In this document: piece by piece, positions 36,301-49,368 of the stretch
Numbering within the stretch: the first letter of the stretch is position 1
Layout: every line of letters begins with the position of its first letter
Source of the DNA: Octopus sinensis
Taxonomy: Eukaryota
NCBI RefSeq assembly: GCF_006345805.1
Contig: NC_042997.1
Coordinates: 74,276,001-74,340,000 of the forward strand
DNA length: 64,000 nucleotides
Reading direction: 5' to 3'
The notes under the pieces: model-generated
Databases searched by the model: none
The model's input: the letters and a program-made list of their open reading frames with translations, nothing else
What the model was told of the DNA's origin: nothing
Translations under genes and position numbers: made by a program

Positions 36301-39300
36301 CATCATCATCATCATTTAGCATCCGCTTTCCATGCTAGCATGGGTTGGACGGTTCTACTGGGGTCTGTGAAGCCAGAAGGCTGCATCAGGCCCAGTCTGA
36401 TCTGGCAGTGTTTCTACGGCTGGATGCCCTTCCTAATGCCAACCACTCCGTGAGTGTAGTGGGTGCTTTTTACGTGCCACCCGCACAGGTGCCAGTCGGA
36501 GCTGGCAAACGGCCACGAACAGATGGTGCTTTTAAGTGCCACCAGCACAGGGGCCAGGCGAGGCTAGCAACGGACACGAACGGATGGTGCTTTTACGTGC
36601 CACCGGCATGGGGCCCAGGCGGGGCTGGCAACGGACACGAACGGATGGTGCTTTTTATGTGCCACCGGCACGAGGCCGGTCGGAGCGGCACTGGCAACGG
36701 TCACGAACAGATGGTTCTCTTACATGCCACGAGCACTGGTAACTCAGCTGCAATTTCCATTGATCGATTTCCTCACTTGCCTCAACAGGTCTTCACATGT
36801 AGAGTTTTGTGTCCCAAGAAGGGAAGGTATGCATACGTAGGCTGGCTCCATCCCATGCAGAAGGACACAGGTTATGGTCTCACTTGTCCTGCCAGGTCTT
36901 CTCACGCACAGCATACTTCCAGAGGTCTCGGTCTCTAGTCATTTCCTCAGTGAGACCTAAAGTTCGAAGGTCGTGCTTCACCACCTCGTCCCAGGTTTAC
37001 CTGGGTCTGCCTCTTCCACAGGTTCCCTCAACCGCTAGGGTGTGGCACTTTTACACACAACTATCTTCATCCATTCTCGCCACATGCCCATACCAGCGCA
37101 AACGTCTCTCTTGCACACCACAACTGATGCTTCTTAGGTCCAGCTTTTCTCTCAAGGTACTTACACTCTGTCGAGTATGAGTACTGACATTACACATCCA
37201 TTGGAGCATACTGGCTTCATTTCTTGCGAGCTTACGCATATCCTCAGCAGTCACGGCCCATGTTTCACTGCCATGTTGCATGGCTGTTCGTACACACGCA
37301 TCATGTAGTCTGCCTTTTACTCTGTGCGAGAGGCCTTTTGTCACCAGCAGAGGTAAGAGCTCTCTGAACTTTGTCCAAGCTATTCTTACTCTAGCAGTTA
37401 CACTTTCAGCACACCCGCCCCTGCTGCTGACTTGGTCACCTAGGTAACAGAAGCTATCAACTATTTCTAGTTTTTCTCCCTGGAAAGTGACGGAAGTTGG
37501 TCTCAGAGCATTTTCAGTGTTTATTGTTCCTGAGTATCTGCCACATACAAAAACCATCTTCCTAGTTAGCCTTCCTTTGACATTGCTGCACCTCTTATGT
37601 GTCCATAGCTTACACTTGGTGCATCTTATAGAGTTTCTACCTACACCTTTTCTACAGATCGAGCAGGGCCATCTACTTGAAGGCGTTTGTGATTTGTCTA
37701 CCTTCCTACTGATTACGACTTTAGTTTTAGCTAGATCGACTCTAAGGCCCTTTGATTCTAATCCTTGTTTCCACACCTGAAACTTCTCCTCCAGTTCTGA
37801 GCCTTGGTGGACCCCTACCTCTACCCAGAATTCTTCACTGTACTCGTTGCCAACCCTCACCTTACTAGCAGCGTCTCTGTACATGGCTCTCAAAGCTCTC
37901 ACTAACCATTCATCTATCCCTAGTTTCCTCATTGACCACCAGATAAGGGATCGGGGGACCCTGTCAAAGACTTTCTCCATGTCAACAAAAGCCAGGTACA
38001 GGGTTTATCTTTGGCTAGGTATTTCTCCTGCAGCTGCCTTACCAGGAATATAGCATCAGTGGTACTTTTCTCTTGCACGAACCCAAACTGCATCTCATCT
38101 AAACTAACTCTCTCTCTAATTAGTTGGGCTATGACCCTCTCCATAACCTTCATCACCTGATCCAACAGCTTGATACCTCTGTAATTATTTGTATCTAGGG
38201 CGTCACCTTTACCTTTGTAGCAGTTGACTATTATGCTGCTACACCAGTCATTGGGTATGACTCCTTTGTGTATCACCTGATTAACTATACGGGTGACTAG
38301 GCTATAGCCGACATTACCAGACATTTTGAGCATCTCTGCAGTGATTCCTGATGGGCCTGGGGCTTTCCCTGTCTTCATGCTTATAATTGCCTTAACTACC
38401 AAGGAACTATCAACTCGGATAGCTGGTCCCTCTGTTGGGTCAACATTCGGCAGACTCTCTTTATCCCATTCATTTTCTTTATTCAGCAACCTTTCATAGT
38501 CGCGTCTCCAAACCTCTCTCTTTGCATCCTCATTTAGCGCAAGTGAACCATCTTCCATGCGAACACATTTCTCTCTTACCACATCGTGGCTGGTGACTTC
38601 AATGGTCACGTTGTACAACATGCTGGGGGCTTCCATGGCGTACATGGAGGCTATGGCTATGGTTCCCGCAACGAGAAGGGAACCAGGCTGCTGGAGTTCT
38701 GCGATGCAAATAATCTTATGATTTGCAACACTAACTTCAGGAAACCTACCAGCCACCTAGTCACCTACCGATCGGGCCAACATACCAGCCAAATTGACTA
38801 CATCCTTGCCAGGCAAAGGGAGAGATGGCTGCTTATAAATGCCAAAACCTTCCCAGGCGAAGAATGTACCCCACAACATAGACTGGTAGTTAGTGACTTT
38901 AGGATCAGGACTAGGAGGACAACCAGAAGACGACCAACATGGAGAAGAAGGATCTGGAAGCTTAAAGATCCTGCAAATGGACAGAGATTTAGGGACATAT
39001 TACTTGAAGCCTTTGACGAAGTAGAAGGGGATAGAGCATCACAGGGGGTAGAAGACAACTGGACGTTTCTAAGGGACAACCTGCTGAGAGCCACTGACCA
39101 GATCTGTGGCTGGTGCAAAGTCCCCTCTCAACCTAGAATAACGTGGTGGTGGAACAATGTTGTAGACAGGGCTATTAGAGAAAAGAGACAGGCTTGGAAG
39201 GACTTGAAAAATGGGGGTAGCAGGGAATTGTATCAGACTGCCAAAAGAGAAGCTAGGAGACAGGTTTATTTAGCCAGAGGGGAAACAGATAAGAAAAAAA

Positions 39301-39375
39301 TTGCCAATGTTCTGCGCCGTCAGGACCAAAGACTGGAGGTGTTTCGCGTTGCAAGACAGTGTGTGAGAGAGAATC
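36301..39375 (-). mobile_element. RTE LINE with inverted 5' segment (36301-38585 minus; 38586-39375 plus)
   Basis: The minus part carries RT, PHD-like finger and UTR. The plus part carries the APE C-terminus (GDFNGH...IDYIL) through RQCVREN, which directly precedes the start of the minus part in intact copies. Confidence 0.92.
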
Positions 39376-40054
39376 AAAAAATATTGCAAATTATTAAATA
39401 TGTAAAAATCAAGTAAAAACTGGAGTAAGGAAAATCGACTCATATATATTATATATATATGTATACACATACACCCACACACAGATAAATTGATAGATAC
39501 AACTGAGTGGGCAAACAAAAATATGACATTGCGTAGTGCTTTTTTATATTTTGATAAGCCTGGTACTTATTCTATCAGTTTCTTCTTGTGAAACCAGTAA
39601 GTTATGGGGATGTAAATATACAAACACCAGTTGTGAAGCAGTGATGAGGGATAAACACAGAGACACACACATAGACTTACTTATATACATACATATACAT
39701 ACAATTGATTTCTTTCTTTTTCTGTCTACAAAATCCACTGACAAGGCTTTGGTTGGTCTGAGGCTATAGAAGAAGACACAGGCCAAGTTACCACACAGTG
39801 GGACTGAACTGAGGACCATGTGTTTTGGAACCAAGTTTGTTACCACACAGCCACACTTGCACCTATGTATGTGTGTGTGTGTGTATGTGTGTATGGGTGT
39901 ATATATGTATGCATGTATATATGTGTATATATATATGTACATATTACATGTACATCTATATAAAAATATACATCTAGACATACATGTATACATATACATG
40001 TATACATATACAGCTATACATATACATGTATACATATCCATCAATATATATACA

Positions 40055-40546
40055 TCTCTATATATATAAACAGCAAAATGTCTACATGTGTGTCCTTAAT
40101 ACAAATCCACAAGTTTTCAGTTAGAGGGCTCGCACTTTTTATGGTCATTCAAAGCCATCCAAGCGTGTGCTCATCTTTACATTTCCCCAGTCACACCGCA
40201 AAGCCATTAAAAAATCAATAGAAGTGACTTTTTTGTGAATTTTCTATCCAAAACCCAATCAAAATGCCTGAAATTTGATATGCCAATTGAATGCCAGTTA
40301 GCTGTATGTGATTAGTCAGAGATTTGGACAGTACTCGCATGTATGTGCACATGCACGCAGCTGTATATGCATGCACTAGCACTATGACCTGTCGTTGCTG
40401 GGTCATAGTTCTAGTATAATATAACTAATTTCAACGGATTTTGCCCAAATTTGACGTCTATATTACTTAGTTTGGTTTGAAATAAAGAACTTGATTAGCT
40501 TAATAATTGTAACTTAATCCCGGGCAAGGGCGGGTTATACTGCTAG
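40055..40546 (+). mobile_element. Short non-autonomous Helitron
   Basis: 5' a|TCtctatatatataaa; 3' cccgggcaagggcggg hairpin, then ttatactg and CTAG|t. Confidence 0.75.
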
Positions 40547-40633
40547 TGTATATATATATATATATCTACATCCATATATATACATCTATACATCTATAAA
40601 TATATATACATCTATATGTATGTATATATATAT

Positions 40634-40679
<46 letters not shown>

Positions 40680-40689
40680 CATACATGTA

Positions 40690-41129
40690 AATTTAAATTT
40701 AAAATAATAAGGGTGAGAAATTGAATATTAATTTGATTAATATGAATTGAAAACCAGTGGTGTAGCATATAAGACCATAGTGGATCTTCTTCTAGCAAAA
40801 TGGATGTCTACTGTTAATGGTTCATCCCTCTGATATAATAGCTTCACTTTAATAGTTTCAGGATTAAAGTGAAAGTATCTGACATTACAATAGAGAGACG
40901 TTTTTGTTTCACTTTTAAAATGTAATACTGAAATAGTGGAGAAGATATGATATTGCTGTGGGCTCGCCCTAGGCAAGAAGTTAAACATTTTTTTTGCCCA
41001 TGACACTACATGGACCCTAAATAAGGCATGTGTAAAATTTGAATGAAATTGGTTGTGTAGTTCTCAAGTTTTAGGGATTCACACAGACAGACAGACACAC
41101 AGATTATCAGTTTTATATATATAGATAGA
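40690..41129 (-). mobile_element. Non-autonomous Helitron-like repeat (sister of 1465 copy)
   Basis: Minus 5' end a|TCtatctatatatataaaactga; body shared with 1465-2010. Confidence 0.55.
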
Positions 41130-41482
41130 TAACAATGTTGTCATACACACATTTTTATATTCATATACACAGAATGATAACAGTGTTGCAATACACACAT
41201 ATTCTTATATTAACATACACACTGTGAAGTTTATATTGCTGCATATAAATTATGAACCATTTCATCCTAATATTTTCACAGATAATGTAAGTGTACTAGA
41301 TTTTAATATATGAACTTCTTGTCATATCACTGAAACATTAACTGTAGAACATAACTTGTGGTGACAATCCTTATTCTTAACTCGCTCTGAGTTTCCTGCA
41401 GTTATTATTTAATTCTGGGTCATATTCAGATTTACTTGCTTGTGATATTTTGCCATTTATTATTATTATTATTATTATTATT

Positions 41483-42792
41483 GGAAATGGATGAATGGTT
41501 AATAAGGGCTGTACAGGCCCTTTAACGAGAGGCTGTTAGTAAGGTTAGGATTGGCAATGAGTACAGTGAAGAATTCCGGGTAGAAGTTGGCGTCCACCAA
41601 GGCTCAGCCCTCAGTCCCCTTCTATTCATCATAGTGCTCCAGGCAATAACAGAGGGATTCAAGATGGATTGCCCCTGGGAGCTCCTCTATGCTGATGACC
41701 TAGCCCTTATAGCAGAATCACAAACAGAACTAGAGGAGAAATTTTATATGCGGAAGCTAGGTTTAGAATCAAAAGGCCTTAGAGTCAATGTAGCAAAGAC
41801 CAAAGTTCTAGTAAGTAGGAAGGCAAACTCACCACACACCCCTTCAGGTAGGTGACCCTGCTCGATCTGTAGAAGAGGTGTAGGTAGAAACTCCATAAGA
41901 TGTACCCAGTGTAAGCTATGGACACATAAGAGGTGCAGCAACATCAAAAGAAAATTAACCGAGAAGGTAACTTTCATGTGCGGCAGATGCACAGGGGCAA
42001 TAGACACCATTAATACTCAGAAAACAGATTCCATTACATTCCTGGGGGAGAAACTAGAAGTAGTTGATAGTTTCCGCTACCAAGGTAACCAAGTTAGTAG
42101 TGGGGGTGGATGCTCAGAGAGTGTTACCACTAGAATAAGAATAGCCTGGGCAAAGTTTAGAAAGCTTCTTCCCCTACTGGCGACAAAGGGTCTCTCACTC
42201 ACTGTGAAAGTTAGATTGTACAACGCATGTGTGCAAACTGCTATGATTTATGGCAGTGAAACATGGGCTGTGACTGCGAAGGACATGCGTAGGCTCAAAA
42301 GAAATAAAGCTAGCATGATCCGCTGGATGTGTAATGTCAGTATCCATGCACAACAGAGTGTAAGCGCCCTGAGAGAAATGTTGGACATAAGAAGAATCGG
42401 ATGCAGCATGCAGGAGAGACATTTGCATTGGTGTGGTCATGAACTATGGATGGATGAGGAGAGAAGAAGTGCCACTCCCAAACTGTTGAATGAATCCGGG
42501 GTAGAGGTAGACCCAGAAAGACATGGGATGAAGTGGTCAAGCATGACCTTCATACGTTGGGCCTCACAGAGGCTATGACGAAAGACCGAGACCTCTGGAG
42601 TTATGCTGTGACTTCGAAGACCCGACAAATGAAGTGAGTTCATGACTTGCAGGACAGCCTGCTGTGCTTGAGGAGACCTATTGTGTCAAGTTCATCAACA
42701 TCAAAATAAAAATCGAATGGATATTGTAGTTGTGATACTCGTGCCAGTGGCACATAGGACCTCACAGAGGCAATGACAAAGACCGAGACCTC
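41483..42792 (+). mobile_element. Older RTE subfamily, RT C-terminal fragment
   Basis: GVHQGS.LSP, LYADDL, PHD-like finger, KLEVVDSFRY and GSETWAVT, with stops and frameshifts. Confidence 0.9.
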
Positions 42793-43682
42793 TGAGTGGC
42801 CCTCAGCAGGTTGTCTCGTAGAAACCTCCATCATGTAATGCTATATCCCCCTCTATTTTGTCAAAAGCTTCAGGTAATACATCTTTAAATCTCTGTCCAT
42901 TAACAAAATCCTTTAGCTTCCAGACCTTTCTTTTCCCTGTTGGCCATCTTCTGGGCATCCATTTAGCCCTGATCCTGAAGTTGCTAACTACTAGTCTATG
43001 TTGTGGGATACATTCTTCACCATCTTTCCCTTTTTCTGGTGAGAATGTAGTCAATTTGGCTAGTGTGTCTACCAGATCAGTAGGTGAATAGGTAACTGGC
43101 AGGCTTCCTGAAGTTAGTATTGCAAACCATAAGATCATTTGCATCAGATAACTTCAGCAGTTTGGTTCCCTCCTCATTGTGGGAACCAAAACCATAGCCT
43201 CCATGTATACCATGGAAGCCCTTTGCATGTTGTCCAACATGTCCATTGAAGTCACCATCCACAAAAGAAGGTCCCTGTCATTTGTCAACAAGGTAGTCTG
43301 CAAGAGGGTGTCATAAAACTGGTCTTTCTGTCCATCAGCTGAGGCGCATAAGCTGAGATAATGGTTGCTAACCCATGATATAGCACTAATCTAATCTTAA
43401 ATATTCTATTGCAGACTCTGACTTCGATTACATTGTCAACTGATTTCTCCACAAGAAGTATAACCACGACCCCACCCCATCAGTGTTCCCTGCCCTGAAA
43501 ATCTTGTACCTATGTTCTTTGCCTGTGAGGAACCTAGCAGAACCTCCTCTCCACCTTACTTCTTGGATGCAGCACAAATCTAAACATCTCCATTCAAGCA
43601 TCTCAACAATCTCACCAGACATACCTTTCAGTGTGCCCTCATTGAGTGTGCCAACCCTGAGGGTGTGGGAGGTGTGGGCCCA
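42793..43682 (-). mobile_element. Older RTE subfamily, APE endonuclease fragment
   Basis: AHTSHTLRVGTLN, DLCCIQEVRWRG and GDFNGHVG through DNLLRAT. Confidence 0.9.
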
Positions 43683-44233
43683 TAAGTTAAAAAATAATTT
43701 ATTTAAGATTGCCTTGAACTTTTGCATTTGCAGACATTTTTAACAGAATTTTAAAACTAGAGCCACACTGAAATCCTTGGATTTCACTATTATTATTTGT
43801 GAAGAATGACACCTAAGCTTTTTGTATACATAGTTGTCTGGCTTCCAAACTAGAATTAGGAGAAAATGAAGTTTAATAATGTTCATGGTACTAAAGCTTT
43901 CTTGGTACTCAAAAGAGCTGCATCTGATTATTTTTGAATATCTGATTAAAGGCTTCAGATCTGGATGAATATATTGTCCACCATTGCCTAGAAAGTCTCT
44001 GGAATTACATTTTATTTCTCCTGTCCTCACTTGCTCTCTACTTGTCATATGACAGCCTCCTACATTCACACTATCCTAGTACTGCAATAGAAAACAAAAA
44101 CATGTTGATAGATATTAAATGTGGATAATTATGACTTGAATATCATATCCATCATGTAGTTTCAGCTGAGCTCCTAGTGATCACTGGTCAATAATTCAAA
44201 ACTCCTGAATAAACTTGAAGGAGTTTTTGAATT

Positions 44234-45196
44234 CATCATCATCATCATCATCGTTTAACGTCCGTTTTCCGCGCTAGCACGGGTTGGGAAGCCAGGAGCT
44301 GCACCAGGCTCCAGTCTGATCTGGCAGTGTTTCTACAGCTGGATGCCCTTCCTAATGCCAACCACTCCGTGAGTGTAGTGGGTGCTTTTGTACATGCCAC
44401 CAGCACAGGTGCCAGGGGAGTCTGGCATCGGCCATGATCAGTTGGTGCTTTTAACATGCCACCGGCATGGAAACCAGTCAATAGGTCTCCCCAAGCACTG
44501 CGGGATGTTCTGGAATCCAAGGTACTTTGAATGGGCGGGGGCTATGCGGGACAGGAAGCAGACCGGGTCTTTGCAGTCACAGCTTATCTCCAGAGATCTC
44601 GGTCTTTCGTCATTGCCTCTGTGAGGCCCAACGCTCTGAGGTCATGCTTGACTACCTCATCCCATGTCTTCCTGGGTCTACCTCTTCCCCTGATACCTTC
44701 AACTGTTTGGGAGCAGCACTTCTTCACACATCTCTCCTCATCCATCCACAGTACATGACCATACCATCGCAAGTGTCGCTCTTGCACACCACATCTGATG
44801 CTTCTTATGTCCAGCATTTCTCTCAGGGTGCTTACCCTCTGTTGTGCATGCACACTGACATTACACATCCAGCGGATCATGCTAGCTTCATTACTTTCAA
44901 GTCTACGGATGTCCTCTGCAGCCGCCGCCCATGTTTCACTACTGTGAAGCATGGCAGTTCACACACATGCATCATACAATCTACCTTTCACTCTGAGCGA
45001 GAGACCCTTTGTCGCCAGTAGGGGTGGGAGCTTTCTAAACTTTGCCCAGGCTATTCGTATTCTAGTGGTGACACTCTCTGAGCATCCACCTCCACTACTA
45101 ACTTGGTCACCCAGGTAGCGGAAACTATCAACTACCTCTAGTTTCTCTCCCTGGAGTGTGATGGAATCTGTTTTCTGAGTATCTGTGGTGTCTGTG
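44234..45196 (-). mobile_element. RTE 3' fragment (distinct UTR subfamily, 2 array units)
   Basis: SETWA, RLRWYGHV and GRGRPRKTW; GAT tail at 44234. Confidence 0.9.
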
Positions 45197-45730
45197 TATT
45201 TTGAAAGTTAATGTTGTGATCTTCCTCTCACTTTTAAATACAGTTCATTTGATTAAAATTTTATTCCAAAATTTAAATAAAACCAGGAAATATGTTTATA
45301 CTGTTCATTATCAGAGCTAAAGCCTTCCTAATATTCAGTTATATTTTAATACTTCTGATTCATGCCATGTTGTGCATAAAATGTATATTGATTATGTAAT
45401 GATGAGCCACCAGAGGCAGAAAGATACAAATTAAGTTATCCACCATGGTTATAGTTTAATTTTCGACTGCCGAGTGTTCTATGCTATTGACTGGGGTGCA
45501 ATCACAAAACAGTCCATCCGAAACTCACCCAACTCTTTTTTAAAAGCATAGGAGAAATGTGTTTACATTCTTATATAGTTCATTACCACAGTTAGATCTT
45601 CTAGTATTTAAATTTATTTCAAGACTTTGCAGATTCCAGCTACAGAAGCAGTAGTGGGAAGGAGGAGGATAATGCCAGACATTGTATTCACTATATTTTC
45701 ATAATGAGATTTACAAATTAAACAGTATAC

Positions 45731-45871
45731 CTTTTTAATTGTATTTCTTCCAAGTAAAGGGTTTAGAATTGGGTCAATGGACTCTCCAATATTTTCAATC
45801 AAGACAGTATCTCCACTTGAAACAGCAGCTTCTATCACATCCATGTAACCTTTTTGACCAATACGAACTGT
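45731..45871 (-). CDS. DNAH9/DNAH17: Dynein heavy chain exon: AAA5 (TVRIGQKGYMD...GRNTIKK)
   Basis: 47 codons, catttcag acceptor and gtatac donor. Contains G.TVLIENIGESIDP.L.PLLGR. Confidence 0.94.
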
Positions 45872-46629
45872 CTGAAATGAAAGGTATCAAACTTTAGAGT
45901 ACTTATGATCAATGGATGAGCAGCTTTATAAATCAGTCAACTGGTAGCCCAAGCCCATCAAGCATCCATCAAATGTCACACTCCCAGATGACATATTAAA
46001 TACCTTAAATCCATACTCTGAAATTCCTACTCATGTTTCCTCCTTAAACTGATACTTGCAACAATTCAGTTTAATATCTAATTCTCTTAGGTTCAAAATG
46101 AATATTCATAACAAAATTATGAAGTAAAAATATGACAATACATATGTTGAATTTATCAACTGAATTAATCACATGTAGGCATTGGTACAGATACTTAATT
46201 ACTAACAATCCTGCTTACATAAATGGATAGATTGAGAGGATACAATCTATCATTTAAGTAGCAGAGAAAATGTATTTTTCAAGAAGCTTTCATTTCAGAG
46301 CAAGCTCAAATTCTTTAAGTGCCAGAAAAAGTTTGAACTACACTTCCCTTATCGTTCTTACACTTTTACACTGAGAATCACTGTAGATAAGCTATGGTGT
46401 TCCAAATCAAAGAGGTAGGAGTATAACTTTTATAGCACATTACAACCATTTTTAATGACAATACTGTAAATTATATATCTTAATCAATAGCAGTCACTCA
46501 TTTTCTTTTCTAACTGTTAGAACTTTATTTTGAATTTACCACTTTACCTGACATCAGTCAATGCTGAAGTACAATATCCACAAAACATTGATAAAGTTAG
46601 CCTGAAGACACTGCAGTAGAGTAACATAC

Positions 46630-47433
46630 CTTTAGGTTTGCAGCAAAGTTTTGTTTGATCCATTTTATTCCTTGTAACTGTGGATCTATGACAAGGGGCC
46701 ATCGTTCACAAGTTGTTAGTATAGTGGCATTCTCAATAGACATTTTGTCACTTGGTAACCAGTCATTGTTCCACTTAGCAATAATTGTGTCATCTATCAG
46801 TAAAGACAGAGGTTCAAATTCACTGGATATTGGAATGATATCTTTAATATTTTCTAAAGTTGTAATCCAAATTTTTTCAAGGAGTTCAAGGCGATATGGT
46901 TTGGTGAAGCAACCAAGGTATGATACAAAAGATGATACAAGGAGTATATCACCTGGCAAAGTTTTCTCCTGCTCTTTTAGAATATTGATTGATTCTGCCC
47001 AGCGGACATTTTCAGAAGCTAATCCACCTACTAAACGGTTTGCCAGTACAATAGTATTATTGGTAGCATCAGCCTCAGCTTGGCATTTTAGTTTAGCATC
47101 AGTTGCCTTTTGGAATTTAGCTGTTAGACTGGCTAATGACAGTTCTAATTGAACAAGCTTTGCTTGAAGGAAGGCTAACTTTTCCTGAGCTGCAGCCAAC
47201 TCAGCATTTGCTACATTCAAAGCAATTCTTTTGGGCTCTACATCACAGAATACTTCATAGAATTTCATGATGTTTATTACCCATGCACAAAGACCAGCTG
47301 CTGCAGAGGATTTAGCATAAATAAATTCAGGATTGAAATCTTTGTCATTAAGGTATGGCTGAATGGCTTTACGGCAATTCTCATGGATATTTTCCTTGTT
47401 ATATTCTTTCAGATTAGTCAGGAAGGCATCCAC
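46630..47433 (-). CDS. DNAH9/DNAH17: Dynein heavy chain exon: MTBD, CC2 and entry to AAA5 (VDAFL...FAANLK)
   Basis: 268 codons, tatttag acceptor and gtatgt donor. Contains AAGLCAWV.NI, LANRLVGGLASENVRW and RWPLVIDPQLQGIKWIK. Confidence 0.97.
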
Positions 47434-47644
47434 CTAAATAAAAAATTAAATAGTAAATCTAAATGTATTAGTTGAACACAGTATCAGTGTTGATCTTATC
47501 AACTTCCATGTTAATAAAAAAAGATTTTTAGAAAAGAAAAATAACTTTCACAAAAGTTGCAATTAATATAAAGTGGTGAAATTTTACAAAATTTATTTTT
47601 CATAAAATAAACTTTTTTTTTCCACACAGAGCTAAATACTTTCA

Positions 47645-49130
47645 TTTGTCAGAACTTTTCACCCCTCTTTTCAGTTCTTGTCCTCTATCTCTGGAATCTC
47701 CCTCCATTTCTTTGACATTCATCATCTCCAATGACCACCCGACCTTCACACTCTCCACATCCATCTTCCACAAATCCACTAACTCCTATTCCTACTGTAA
47801 CATTTTTTCCTCACACTCCACCCACACTAAATGCTATATCCCTTATTTCAAATGCCTTCATTTCCAGCACCCTTGCAGCAGTAACCATGATTTCTAAGAT
47901 GCAAGCTCAACATTAGGCTGACCTTTTCATTTGATGCGATTACTTTCCCTCCCTTATTCACCCTATTTTCTTTCATACCTATGCAGTTATTGTACCTCAG
48001 ACCTTACACCCTGTGTCCGGAGTTCTATACATTGCATTTGCTTCCCTTTCACCAATGGACCTACCACCCTGCCTTTACAATGCACCATTCTCCACCTTTT
48101 CTGCCACCTTCAATCTGACCCTGAAACTTGCAGTTTCTTCTCCATTCCACTCATCTCCTTAATACATGTCCACAACCTCTGCAGCTTCCTTGATCATAGC
48201 TTCTATCCAACACCCTATTCTCTCTTGGACCCTTCCCTGCTTCCACTGTCACAGCTACCCTTTCCTTTCTTATATCACCTTTCTTACTGGACTTAACCAT
48301 CACACTTTCCACATTGAAGACTCTTTCTGCTGCATTTCTTTGTGCACATTGCAATCTTTTCTACATTGGGCAAACTGGCTACCAATGGGCTGATAGATTC
48401 ATGGGGCATCCAACTCAGCAACAGGTTTCCAGTTTTTAGATATTCCTTTCTGTTGACCATCTACCTAATACAACACTTAGTCTTTGGTGTAACCACGACT
48501 TCTATACCATATCTTTTATTACTTTTTTGGTGTAGCCACAACTTCCATATCTTTTATTACTTTTTTTCAGACATTGTACCTGTTATGTAACCTTGAAGCT
48601 TTTTGCCAGTGTTATCACTTTACTATTTTTATATAGTTTTTCTTTTTTTTAACACTATTTGTACAGCATTTTCATCATTGCTTCTACTTAAACACCACCT
48701 TCCTTTTACCTTGCCTTTCATTGCCTCACAGTGCCTATTCCATCCCCCTTCCCCACATCTTCATATCATATGTAATATGATTACATCAAAACACCATCAT
48801 CCCATGCCTCCACTATGCCACAACACTACACTCCCATATTTTCTCACCTTCACACACTTACACATATCTCCAAGAAACCACATGCACCTATACCACCACA
48901 GACACGCACCTCCCCTATCTCTATATATGGATACCTTCCTATACATGCACACAGAACCTTGCCTCCTCCTCCTTGCCTAACTTACTCCATAAAACCACAT
49001 TTTCACATGACTCCTAATCCTTTTTTTTTTATTTCTTTCCAACCAACATTTTCTTATTCTTTTACTTTTTCTGATGAAGAACTAGTATCCAAGACGTCAA
49101 GACTCTCACCCTTCTTTTTAGGTGTTAAAT
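47645..49130 (+). mobile_element. Decayed Penelope-like element (RT thumb, GIY-YIG, 3' end with degenerate hammerhead)
   Basis: LSTSIFHKSTNSYSY..SSHSTHTK..IPY; PTTLPLQ..IL..F.HLQSDPET; CNLFYIGQTG...ADRF..H (YIG motif); ctgatga at 49071. Confidence 0.8.
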
Positions 49131-49221
49131 ATTTGTTAAAACTTAACCCTTTCATATTGTCTTTTTTTGTTCATTGCCTAATAACAATAGCATGATGATT
49201 AGAGAAATATAAGATATTTAC

Positions 49222-49368
49222 CTTACTCATCACAGTAGCCTTGGCTGCCTTCCAACTTCTATCTGCAGGTATCCTTCCATCAGGAGCTAACAGGACCATC
49301 ACAGCAGAAGCAACATTTATAACTGCTGCTGGAGGTGAGCCAAAAGACTTCATTTCTGTGAGATTTTT
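49222..49368 (-). CDS. DNAH9/DNAH17: Dynein heavy chain exon: start of microtubule-binding domain ([13 protein letters not shown]...KATVMSK)
   Basis: 49 codons, tttcag acceptor and gtaaat donor. KSFGSPP and DRSWKAAK are typical of beta-type heavy chains. Confidence 0.95.

Noticed and set aside
46655-47152. 165-aa plus-strand ORF
   Set aside because: Antisense shadow of the large dynein exon.
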